From Bacteroidales bacterium (GTDB lineage Bacteria > Bacteroidota > Bacteroidia > Bacteroidales > F082), in the NCBI GenBank assembly GCA_017466405.1, contig JAFTUF010000041.1, positions 10,119 to 74,118 on the forward strand: DNA of 64,000 nt. The letters run 5' to 3'. The translations under genes were made by a program, and so were the position numbers. How positions within the stretch are numbered: the first letter of the stretch is position 1; each line of letters begins with the position of its first letter. Below the pieces are notes generated by a model. That model had not been told where the DNA came from. It ran no database searches and saw nothing but the letters and a program-made list of their open reading frames with translations. This document shows positions 27,128 to 35,880 of the stretch, piece after piece.

Positions 27128-28534
27128 ATGAGTAAAGTTTATGTATTTGGAATAGGAGGAACGGGTTCTCGTGTATTGAGATCCTTAACTTTGTTATTAG
27201 CATCAGGTGTTGATTGTGGTAACGACACAATAGTTCCCATAATTATTGATCCAGATGCTTCTGGCGGTGATTTGACAAGAACTGTCTCTCTGATGAGATG
27301 TTATAGTGATATAAGAAAACAACTTGTTTTTGATGGAACAAGTCAAAATGAGTTTTTTAAAACGGAGATAGATCAAGTTGTTCCCGGTTTCCAGTTGCCG
27401 TTAGATAATAAAGTACAAACATTGAAATTTCAAGATTATATGGGAGTAAGTTCTATGACTTCTAATAATCAATGCTTGATGTCAATGTTGTTCTCCGATA
27501 AAAACCTGAGTGCAAATATGAACGTCGGTTTTAAAGGGAATCCAAATATTGGTTCTGTTGTTTTAAATCAGTTTTCTCAATCAGAGGATTTCAAAGCATT
27601 TGCGAACAACTTTCAACAAGGCGATAGAATATTTATTATTAGTTCTATATTTGGAGGAACAGGAGCTAGCGGTTTTCCATTGTTACTTAAAACATTACGT
27701 AGCAATACAAACATTCCAAATTTTGCTTTAATCAACAATGCCATAATAGGTGGAATAACTGTTTTGCCTTATTTTAATGTAAAACAGGATAATAGCAGTG
27801 AAATTGATTCAACCACTTTCATATCAAAAACAAAGTCGGCATTGGCTTATTATGACAAAAATATAAGCGGCAACAATTCTATAGATGCACTATATTATGT
27901 GGCGGATGATATCAATAATGCTTATGATAACCATGAAGGTGGAGGAAATCAAAAGAATGATGCACATATGGTTGAGCTTATTTCAGCCTTAGCTATAATA
28001 GATTTCGTTAATAATATTAACAACAGAATAAATCCAACAATACATAAAGAATTTGGAATTAAAGATTTGCAAAATGGGGCTAATGATGTAATTCTTTCAG
28101 ATTTTGCAAAAGGAACCGAAGATATAATTAAAGATTCTTTGATAAGTATGTTCCTTTTTGCAAAATACAACAATAATTGTTTGGAAAAACAATACGAACA
28201 CCAGCCATGGGCAATAGACAGAAAACTGGATAGAGCGTTCTTTAGAGGCAGTTTCTACAAAAATATAGAAATGATTCAGACTGATTTCTTCGCTTGGTTA
28301 GGGGAATTATCATCTAATAAAAGAAAACTTACCATGTTTGAATTAGGTGATGACTGTGAATTGTTTAAATCAGTTAAAGATTATTCTCCCAAAAAGAGCT
28401 TTGGATTCACAAAAAATTATGCGTTGATTGACAAATGCCTTAATAAACAAGTCCAAAGCGGAACGAATAAGGAACAATTATACATAAACCTATTCTATAG
28501 TGCTTTAAAAGAAGTCGTATCACTAAAATTCTAA
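27128..28534 (+). CDS. tubulin/FtsZ-superfamily-like GTPase (operon gene 3)
   Basis: 468 aa. N-terminal VYVFGIGGTGSRVLRSL matches the FtsZ T1 G-box position. SSIFGGTGASGFPLL is close to the tubulin/FtsZ T4 signature GGGTG(S/T)G. No TM and no FtsZ-type C-terminal tail recognised. Confidence 0.7.
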   Translation: MSKVYVFGIGGTGSRVLRSLTLLLASGVDCGNDTIVPIIIDPDASGGDLTRTVSLMRCYSDIRKQLVFDGTSQNEFFKTEIDQVVPGFQLPLDNKVQTLKFQDYMGVSSMTSNNQCLMSMLFSDKNLSANMNVGFKGNPNIGSVVLNQFSQSEDFKAFANNFQQGDRIFIISSIFGGTGASGFPLLLKTLRSNTNIPNFALINNAIIGGITVLPYFNVKQDNSSEIDSTTFISKTKSALAYYDKNISGNNSIDALYYVADDINNAYDNHEGGGNQKNDAHMVELISALAIIDFVNNINNRINPTIHKEFGIKDLQNGANDVILSDFAKGTEDIIKDSLISMFLFAKYNNNCLEKQYEHQPWAIDRKLDRAFFRGSFYKNIEMIQTDFFAWLGELSSNKRKLTMFELGDDCELFKSVKDYSPKKSFGFTKNYALIDKCLNKQVQSGTNKEQLYINLFYSALKEVVSLKF

Positions 28535-28538
28535 AGTT

Positions 28539-31500
28539 ATGTCTAAAGTTTTCAGATTACATCAGGATAATAATACATTGATTGATTGGCAGCAATCACA
28601 ACCATATAGCACCAATGTTATAAATCAGATAAAAGACCCTAATGGAGCTACTTCAAGAAATGAAATCACTTCAATACCATCACCATTCGCAAGAATAGAC
28701 CTGGTAAAAAGTGCGTTTAAAGAAGTGAATATGTTAGGTCTTGACGGTAATACAATTTACCATAAAATGGTGTCAGATAGTTTGGACATTGGGCAAATAT
28801 TCTTTAATTATCCAAAATTTAAGAATCTTGTAAATGTTGTTTTTTGGGATAAGACTAACGATTTACAAGCTTTAAAGCAATCGACAATAACATCTCATAG
28901 AGTTGTTGGAGAAACACTTGAGATGTATATGCAACAAGATGGCAGTACATATAATTTCAATAATATGCAAAGAATATATATGCTGCAATACATTGGACCT
29001 CAATGCAAGATAAATGATATTATTGGTGCGACATCTCCATGCACATTGTTTTTTAGTTCCGCAAATGATTTATCAAGAATCTCAAATTACATATCCTTTG
29101 ATGGTAATGACAAACCATTTGACAACCAATATCAACCTTTATATAAACGTGATATTGAATATGTCAAATATTTATGTGCTTTAAGAGCATCTTATCCAAT
29201 GTTTGCTGTTGAATTTTCAGAAGTCAATGAATATATAAATCTTACAATAAATAAATTAGGACAAGATATAAATAATCAGGGATTTATTAATCAAATTAGC
29301 ACTTTTGATACTAGTACAATAAATAATTATACCAAACTAGTTGTTAATAACAATAACATTGATGTAATAAATGGCATAACATTATGTGAAGTGCCAAAAG
29401 TTCATGTAAAAAGTGATTTTGAGATTAATTCCACGATATTTGCAGGTGAACAAAAGCCGTTAGTTTTACCGGTTGAAAAAGGCAATCAATATTCTTCGTT
29501 GACTTATACATCTACAGTTTGGAATCCAAACAATTCAGCCCCGTATTTTGACGGCAATCCGTTGGCAAGAAGGACTTTGCCTTCCACAAGTGACGCTCAT
29601 CCATATCTCACAATTAGCGATTTCTTAGAAGATAACATCATTAAGATGCCTTATCGTATGAATGAAAAGGATTATTATGATGGTGGCTTTAACGCAATTA
29701 GTGATGAAAATGAATCATATTTATTGCCATTGAAGAAATTATTTTTTGATTTCTTTACGGTCGACGAGTTATTAGGGACTCTTCCTAACGGACAAAAGAT
29801 GTTCGAGTTTAGAAGTAATGCAGGAGGTATTACTGTAATTTTACGAATTCCTATTCAGAAGAACTATTGTGTTGAGTATAAAAGGATTTATTTGAACAAT
29901 AGTATTGCAGATATTTCAAAGAACTTAGGTGGTGTTATAATCAAGAAATTTGGTCTTGGTATTTTGCCACCCGTTAAGACAGATAATGAACTTTCATATT
30001 ACAGAATAGCGTTATTTGATAAAGGTGATAACAATATTACCTTAACACCATGCATGGGAAAAGATTCTGTTGCTGCTATCAATGTTGTTCATACTCCCAA
30101 AACAAATAAAACATCTGGCGTGGAATCATACATCATTGATAAACATTCTTTTGATAGGATTGAAGTATCAGTTGGTTCAAATATGGCAGTTTTGGTTCCT
30201 ATTTTAAGATCTGCGGTTGGAAATAGGAAATTTACTATTGCCATTGACTTTGGAACTACTAACACTCATATAGAGTACAGTAAAGACAATAATCCATCTT
30301 CTTCATTCTATATCAATACAAATGATATTCAAATCTCAAGATTACATATTGATTATACAGACATTGATATTGATACGTCATTCGACAGATATTTTATTCC
30401 TTCTGTAATTGACGGAGTCGAGTATGGTTATCCAATGAGAACTGTTCTTGCCGAAAGCAATTCAATTAGTTATAATAAACCGGTGTATTCAATGGCTCAT
30501 GCTCATGTTCCATTTAAATATGAGAAAGAAGCTTGTTCAAGATATTATTCTATTAAGACTAACTTAAAATGGTCTAACGAAGAAAGGAAAAGGGTTGAAT
30601 TATATATAGAAAATATTGTTATATTGTTAAGGAACAAAGTTTTGTTAAATGATGGAGACTTATCAAAGACCCAAATTAAATGGTTTTACCCGACAAGTAT
30701 GGTGCAGTATCAGATTGATGGACTGAAGAGAATATGGTGTGACCTATACAAAAAATATTTTGGTAGTGATGTTCAGAATGTTATTGGAATTCCAGAATCG
30801 ATAGCACCTTACAAATATTACAAAACTACACAAGGAGCTCAGTCTAGCGTATTAACAATTGATATTGGAGGTGAAACCAGTGATGTATTTGTAGTTGAAG
30901 ATTCAAAAGCAAAAATGATGTCATCTTTCCGTTTTGCGTCAAACGCAATTTTTGGAGATGCATTCGGATATAATTCTGATAATAATGGTTTCGTATTAGG
31001 GTATCTTGATAAATTCAAAACTATACTTAATGATAATGGATTAAACACATTATCAAATGCTCTTGATGATATTGTAGTTCAGAAAAAATCATCTGACATA
31101 GTTGCATTTTTTTATGCTTTATCCAATAATAAAGAGGTCAAGAAGAAGAATATCACAGCATTGGATTTTCAAGATAAATTATCCAATGACGATTGTTTGA
31201 AATATGTGTTTGTGATGTTCTATACTTCCTTGCTGTATTTTATCGCAAAAGAAATGAAATCAAAGGGACTTAGAATGCCATTGACGATAGCTTTTAGCGG
31301 AAACGGTTCAAATTCTATAAAGATTCTCTCCAATGATACTGTAACATTAAAGAAATATGCACAGATGATATTTGAAGATGTGTATGAAGAAAAATATGCA
31401 AAGGGAGAAATGTTAGATGTAATTTGTGAAGAAAACCCTAAAACCGCAACGTGTAAAGGTGGAATTCTAACAAACAACGATGATGTTGACTTTGATACAG

Positions 31501-31868
31501 ATGAATTAAAATACAATTTGTTAGGAATCAATGCTGTTGATACTATTGACAGTTTTAAGTATAGTGATGTTGACAATAATATCATAAATAAGGTTGTAAA
31601 TCAAGTGGAATCGATGATTGACTATGCCTTGTCTCCTGATAAAATCAAATTTTATATAAAATATTTTGGAGTTAATCAAGGTAAGTCAAATTCCATCAGC
31701 GAATTGACAAAAATTAAACTTCATGAATATGCAAAATCAGCATTAGATGCAAGAAAAGAAGAACTCAAAACATGGAATGCTGATGAAACTTGCAGCTTAG
31801 AAGAAACATTGTTCTTCTATCCTATAATCGGTATGTTAAACAATCTTGCAAGAGAAATAACAAAATAA
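28539..31868 (+). CDS. 1109-aa protein: unknown N-terminal half plus C-terminal actin/Hsp70-like (ASKHA) ATPase (operon gene 4)
   Basis: FTIAIDFGTTNTHIEY (phosphate-1, compare DnaK IDLGTTNS), VLTIDIGGETSDVFVV (phosphate-2 DxGGGTxD) and LTIAFSGNGSNSIKIL (adenosine motif). The first 550 aa or so have no recognisable motif. Confidence 0.75.
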   Translation: MSKVFRLHQDNNTLIDWQQSQPYSTNVINQIKDPNGATSRNEITSIPSPFARIDLVKSAFKEVNMLGLDGNTIYHKMVSDSLDIGQIFFNYPKFKNLVNVVFWDKTNDLQALKQSTITSHRVVGETLEMYMQQDGSTYNFNNMQRIYMLQYIGPQCKINDIIGATSPCTLFFSSANDLSRISNYISFDGNDKPFDNQYQPLYKRDIEYVKYLCALRASYPMFAVEFSEVNEYINLTINKLGQDINNQGFINQISTFDTSTINNYTKLVVNNNNIDVINGITLCEVPKVHVKSDFEINSTIFAGEQKPLVLPVEKGNQYSSLTYTSTVWNPNNSAPYFDGNPLARRTLPSTSDAHPYLTISDFLEDNIIKMPYRMNEKDYYDGGFNAISDENESYLLPLKKLFFDFFTVDELLGTLPNGQKMFEFRSNAGGITVILRIPIQKNYCVEYKRIYLNNSIADISKNLGGVIIKKFGLGILPPVKTDNELSYYRIALFDKGDNNITLTPCMGKDSVAAINVVHTPKTNKTSGVESYIIDKHSFDRIEVSVGSNMAVLVPILRSAVGNRKFTIAIDFGTTNTHIEYSKDNNPSSSFYINTNDIQISRLHIDYTDIDIDTSFDRYFIPSVIDGVEYGYPMRTVLAESNSISYNKPVYSMAHAHVPFKYEKEACSRYYSIKTNLKWSNEERKRVELYIENIVILLRNKVLLNDGDLSKTQIKWFYPTSMVQYQIDGLKRIWCDLYKKYFGSDVQNVIGIPESIAPYKYYKTTQGAQSSVLTIDIGGETSDVFVVEDSKAKMMSSFRFASNAIFGDAFGYNSDNNGFVLGYLDKFKTILNDNGLNTLSNALDDIVVQKKSSDIVAFFYALSNNKEVKKKNITALDFQDKLSNDDCLKYVFVMFYTSLLYFIAKEMKSKGLRMPLTIAFSGNGSNSIKILSNDTVTLKKYAQMIFEDVYEEKYAKGEMLDVICEENPKTATCKGGILTNNDDVDFDTDELKYNLLGINAVDTIDSFKYSDVDNNIINKVVNQVESMIDYALSPDKIKFYIKYFGVNQGKSNSISELTKIKLHEYAKSALDARKEELKTWNADETCSLEETLFFYPIIGMLNNLAREITK

Positions 31869-32641
31869 TGAGTATGAGAAAAGTAATAATATGTATGTTG
31901 ATGGTTTTTGTTTCCATAACAACAATATCTTGTGGTAAAATTAGTCGAAAGGATAAAGTAACACATCCTTCGGAACAATTAAAACAAAAATCAAGAAAAT
32001 CAGAGTCTGGTAATAACCATTTCCTATTGTGGAGCGCATTGATTATTTCTTTGTTTGCTAATGCTGGTTATACCTATGTTTTGTATAACAAAACAAAAGA
32101 ACGTACAGAATCTAGATTACAGAGGTTGAGGAATAATGTCGATAAGTTGGAAAATGATTTTATTTTAGAAAAATCACAACAACATGCAAGAGAAACCACT
32201 CGTAATGGCAGTTCTACTCGATACACATTGATAGACGGCGATATAAACTTAATTGTTGACAGAGTACTTGAATGCATAAACATTGACAAAACCCATGAAA
32301 ATACTTATGATGATGTGGGTAAAAATCCACCGCAACCCAAAACGATAAAGAAATTATATGCCGAAGCAGCTAACAAAGATAATGAGTTTTTTAGAAAGGT
32401 TACAGAATATCAAAGTGAAGACACAATTTATGTTTTGTCATTGATAGATGATAACCGTGCTGAATTTGTTATATGTGATAGCGCCAAAAGCACCATTATA
32501 GGTTGTGAGGATTATTTAAGGAATGTTTGCGATATTATAGGTAGCGGACGCAATATTGAAAATTGTGAACCGGGTATCGCCCAAAAAACAAGCGATGGTT
32601 CTTGGAAGGTTATCGAAAAAGCTAATGTAAAATTCGTGTAA
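31868..32641 (+). CDS. membrane/lipoprotein-like protein with coiled-coil segment (operon gene 5)
   Basis: The ATG at 31868 overlaps the TAA of gene 4 (TAATG). MSMRKVIICMLMVFVSITTISC is a signal/lipobox. Second hydrophobic segment FLLWSALIISLFANAGYTYVLY, then a charged helical region. Confidence 0.6.
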   Translation: MSMRKVIICMLMVFVSITTISCGKISRKDKVTHPSEQLKQKSRKSESGNNHFLLWSALIISLFANAGYTYVLYNKTKERTESRLQRLRNNVDKLENDFILEKSQQHARETTRNGSSTRYTLIDGDINLIVDRVLECINIDKTHENTYDDVGKNPPQPKTIKKLYAEAANKDNEFFRKVTEYQSEDTIYVLSLIDDNRAEFVICDSAKSTIIGCEDYLRNVCDIIGSGRNIENCEPGIAQKTSDGSWKVIEKANVKFV

Positions 32642-32642
32642 A

Positions 32643-34379
32643 ATGGGACACTATTTAATAATAGGAATCATCGTTTTGCTAATTATTGGAGTTCAGATAT
32701 ACTTCTTTAGCAAAACATCAAAAGAGATAAGAAAATTCTCTAACATTTTTCCTAAATCAACAGACAACTTGTATGCTCATGATTCGGAAATTTATGTAAG
32801 AGATTATGAAAATAAGATAGATTACGATATAGATGATAAACTTGATAAATATATCAAGAAACATGATTCAGTTTTTGAAAGAATAATATCGAGCTTAAAT
32901 ACTTATTTGCGAAAAAATAAAGGCGCTGCAAGCGACTATCATCTTATGAAAGATATAGTTGAAAGAAACTGTGATGCCAAAGAAAATGAAATAGATACTC
33001 AAATTCCGACTCCATTATATACAGGTTTGATGGGAACTGTTTTAGGAATCATTGTCGGTGTTGCATTCTTACTTTTTAGTGGTGGATTGTCAGCTTTGTT
33101 GGATAGCAATTATGATTTGATCAATAGCACAACAAATGTAAATGAGATTGTAGGCAGAGAATCTGCACAAGATATTAAAGATGAACATATAATCATCATT
33201 AAAGAAGGTGAATTGATAGATTCTGAACATAAAGCTAGCAAATTGATTGATTATGCGAAGAGAAATAATACCGAAATAAAATTAAAGTCAGATAATTCTG
33301 GAAGTAAAGGTGTTTCAGCTTTATTGAGTGGTATTGCATTAGCAATGATAGCTAGTTTTGTTGGGATTTTGCTTACTACAATAGCGTCATATCGTTTTAA
33401 AGGAGCAAAAAGCAAGGAAGAAGAAGGCAAAGATAAATTCTTAAGTTGGATTCAATCGGAATTGTTGCCGCAATTATCATCCGATGTTTCAGGTACCCTC
33501 GTGAAAATGGGGCAGAATCTCAGAGATTTTAACACTACATTCTCTGAAAATACAAAAGAACTCAGTGCAACATTAGACAAGGTAAATGAATCGTACAGAG
33601 GTCAAGCTGAAGTACTTCAGTCAATAAAAGAATTGAGAATAAATGAAATAGCCACTGCAAACATCACTATTTATGATAAGTTAAAAGATAGTACTCAAGA
33701 ATTAGGAGATGTAACACAACATATTTCAGAATATTCAGAGCAGTTGTCAAAACTTGGAAAGTATCTAAAGAATTCTGAAAAATATCTGATTCAAGTTAAA
33801 GAACTTAACGAGAAACTTGATGAAGGTGAAGAAAGAATGAAAATGATAGAACGACTTGGACAATTCTTTGAGACTGAATTACAACAAATTCAAAATAGAA
33901 AGTCGGAAATGACAAAGGCTGTCGGTATTGTTGATGATGCATTACAAGAAGCTTTAATAAAGATGCAGGAAAATGTCGGCAGACAATTCAATGAACTTGA
34001 AAAATCATCTGCTATACAACAAGACATTCTGCAAGAAAAACTTAAAGAAACGACTGCACTTGTTGATGAACTGAAAAATCTCACAGCAGTTAAAGCAAGT
34101 TTGGATAAAATTGAGAAATCAACTGAAAAAACATCGAATGAGCAAAATAAACGTTTGGACACACTTATATCATCAATAAATATATTAACGTCTGAAATCA
34201 AGAAAGGTAATTCTGTAAATATAGGATTTAATAGCGGTGGTGCTCCCGTAGTAACTAAAAAAATGCCTAAATGGGCAAAAGTGCTGTTAATAATAGGCGG
34301 CTCTTTAGTAAGTCTTACTTGCTTGATAATAATATCTGTTATAGTTCTAAAAGTCCTAAAAGATATAAATATTATTTAA
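32643..34379 (+). CDS. MotA/TolQ/ExbB-like ion-channel protein with long coiled-coil tail and C-terminal TM anchor (ZorA-like; operon gene 6)
   Basis: 578 aa. PLYTGLMGTVLGIIVGVAF and GIALAMIASFVGILLTTIASY resemble the two conserved MotA/ExbB helices (GLLGTVxG; A-x-x-T-T-x-x-G). About 270 aa of heptad-rich sequence follow, then MPKWAKVLLIIGGSLVSLTCLIIISVIVL. Confidence 0.65.
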   Translation: MGHYLIIGIIVLLIIGVQIYFFSKTSKEIRKFSNIFPKSTDNLYAHDSEIYVRDYENKIDYDIDDKLDKYIKKHDSVFERIISSLNTYLRKNKGAASDYHLMKDIVERNCDAKENEIDTQIPTPLYTGLMGTVLGIIVGVAFLLFSGGLSALLDSNYDLINSTTNVNEIVGRESAQDIKDEHIIIIKEGELIDSEHKASKLIDYAKRNNTEIKLKSDNSGSKGVSALLSGIALAMIASFVGILLTTIASYRFKGAKSKEEEGKDKFLSWIQSELLPQLSSDVSGTLVKMGQNLRDFNTTFSENTKELSATLDKVNESYRGQAEVLQSIKELRINEIATANITIYDKLKDSTQELGDVTQHISEYSEQLSKLGKYLKNSEKYLIQVKELNEKLDEGEERMKMIERLGQFFETELQQIQNRKSEMTKAVGIVDDALQEALIKMQENVGRQFNELEKSSAIQQDILQEKLKETTALVDELKNLTAVKASLDKIEKSTEKTSNEQNKRLDTLISSINILTSEIKKGNSVNIGFNSGGAPVVTKKMPKWAKVLLIIGGSLVSLTCLIIISVIVLKVLKDINII

Positions 34380-34380
34380 T

Positions 34381-35058
34381 ATGAAAAAGAATAAAAAAGA
34401 ATCATTCTTTTGGACAAGCTATTCAGATTTGATGACCAGTATGTTTTTTATAATGCTGGTGTTGTTTGTTGTTACAGTAGCCTTGCTTCACAAGGAAATG
34501 GTCAAGATTGGTGAGGAAAGAGAGGCAATGCGTATTGAGAGAGATATTACGCAGGCACAACTTGATAAGATAAAAGAAATTCAGGAGGCAACACAAACCA
34601 TTGATACCACATACTTTAGATTCGATAAAAATTTTAATAGACATACGTTGAGAAACATAACAGTCTCTTTTAATAGATCTAGTTCTAACATAAACGACAT
34701 TCCTCAAGATGTTAGGAATACTTTAGCCGAAGCAGGAAAAGCAATAAGAGAATCTTTGTTAGAAGCACAAAATAAAACTCCGGAAGCAAAATTTTTACTG
34801 ATAATTGAAGGTCAAACATCAAACGATGGTTATGTTGCTAATTACGAGCTCAGTTATAGCAGAGCCCTAAGTCTTGTGAAATTCTGGTCAAGTCAAAAGA
34901 TTTATTTTGACGAAGCAGGTGGTATACATAATTGTGAAGTTATTATTTCAGGTAGCGGAAGGTCTAGTCAATTTAGAGAATTGCCTGATAACAAATATAA
35001 TACTAAAAATCAAAGATTTGTAATTCATATCATTCCAAAGCCGGGAGAAATAAAATGA
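34381..35058 (+). CDS. MotB/OmpA-like stator partner (ZorB-like; operon gene 7)
   Basis: 225 aa. N-terminal FWTSYSDLMTSMFFIMLVLFVV is the MotB-type TM plug with the conserved Asp. C-terminal LLIIEGQTSNDGYVANYELSYSRALSLVKFW is an OmpA-like peptidoglycan-binding motif. Confidence 0.78.
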   Translation: MKKNKKESFFWTSYSDLMTSMFFIMLVLFVVTVALLHKEMVKIGEEREAMRIERDITQAQLDKIKEIQEATQTIDTTYFRFDKNFNRHTLRNITVSFNRSSSNINDIPQDVRNTLAEAGKAIRESLLEAQNKTPEAKFLLIIEGQTSNDGYVANYELSYSRALSLVKFWSSQKIYFDEAGGIHNCEVIISGSGRSSQFRELPDNKYNTKNQRFVIHIIPKPGEIK

Positions 35059-35810
35059 TAAAGAAACTGATATTATGCATTTGCGTACTAGTGCTTTTCT
35101 TTTCTTGTGTAAGAAGACGAGAAGGAGTACATAACTCCAATTCAAGAAATCATTATGCTCAAGAACGAGTTAGAACAAGTAGTAATAGACACAAACCGGT
35201 GAGAACACAAGAAACCAGTCCGATTCAACCTGTAAATAGGGCGGATAACAAAATATTAAATGGTTCTCAGATATTTGAAAAATACAACCCTGCAGTTTTT
35301 ATGATTTTTACTTCTGACGGGTGGAACGATTATCAAGGTTCTGGCTTCTTTGTCACGTCATCTGGAATTGGTGTTAGCAATTATCATGTTTTTGAAGGTA
35401 CGACAGTCGGGTATGAAACAATTAAATTATCAAATGGACAAACATATAAAATAAGAAATGTCATCGCTAAGAGTAAAGATGATGATTTCATTGTGTTTCA
35501 GGTAGAATCTAAAGGAGTTTCGTTTAAATATATACCTATGGGAATAAAGAATCCAAAAGTAGGCGAAAAAGTCTATACAATAGGCAGTCCGTTAGGTTTG
35601 GAAAACACATTCTCGTCAGGAGAAATTTCACAGTTGAGAGAGGATAATTTAATTCAAATCAATGCTCCTATAGATCATGGCAGTAGTGGTGGTGCACTTA
35701 TAAATGAATATGGAGAAGTCATTGGCATTACTACAGCAGGCATAGGAAGTTCAGGAGCAAACCTAAATTTTGCAGTTGATATTGATGTTGTGAGACCGTA
35801 TGTGAGATGA
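35055..35810 (+). CDS. lipoprotein trypsin-like (S1/DegP-fold) serine protease (operon gene 8)
   Basis: ATGA overlap with gene 7. Lipobox LVLFFSC. Catalytic triad context SNYHVFEG (His), DDDFIVFQV (Asp) and DHGSSGGALIN (Ser). Confidence 0.82.
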   Translation: MIKKLILCICVLVLFFSCVRRREGVHNSNSRNHYAQERVRTSSNRHKPVRTQETSPIQPVNRADNKILNGSQIFEKYNPAVFMIFTSDGWNDYQGSGFFVTSSGIGVSNYHVFEGTTVGYETIKLSNGQTYKIRNVIAKSKDDDFIVFQVESKGVSFKYIPMGIKNPKVGEKVYTIGSPLGLENTFSSGEISQLREDNLIQINAPIDHGSSGGALINEYGEVIGITTAGIGSSGANLNFAVDIDVVRPYVR

Positions 35811-35880
35811 AAAAGTTTAGAAATCCTTGAACTAATATTAATATTTATATATCAATGAAGATTCTAAATAATAACCTATT

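Noticed and set aside
27128-28534. Calling the tubulin-like gene ftsZ
   Set aside because: It is not in a dcw/ftsA context, I recognised no FtsZ C-terminal peptide, and it is embedded in an accessory operon. It is more likely a divergent superfamily member.
32643-35058. Flagellar stator (motAB) or TolQR/ExbBD assignment
   Set aside because: There are no flagellar, Tol-Pal or TonB genes nearby, and Bacteroidota are non-flagellated. The partner has an OmpA-like domain rather than an ExbD/TolR fold, and the MotA-like protein carries a long coiled-coil tail.
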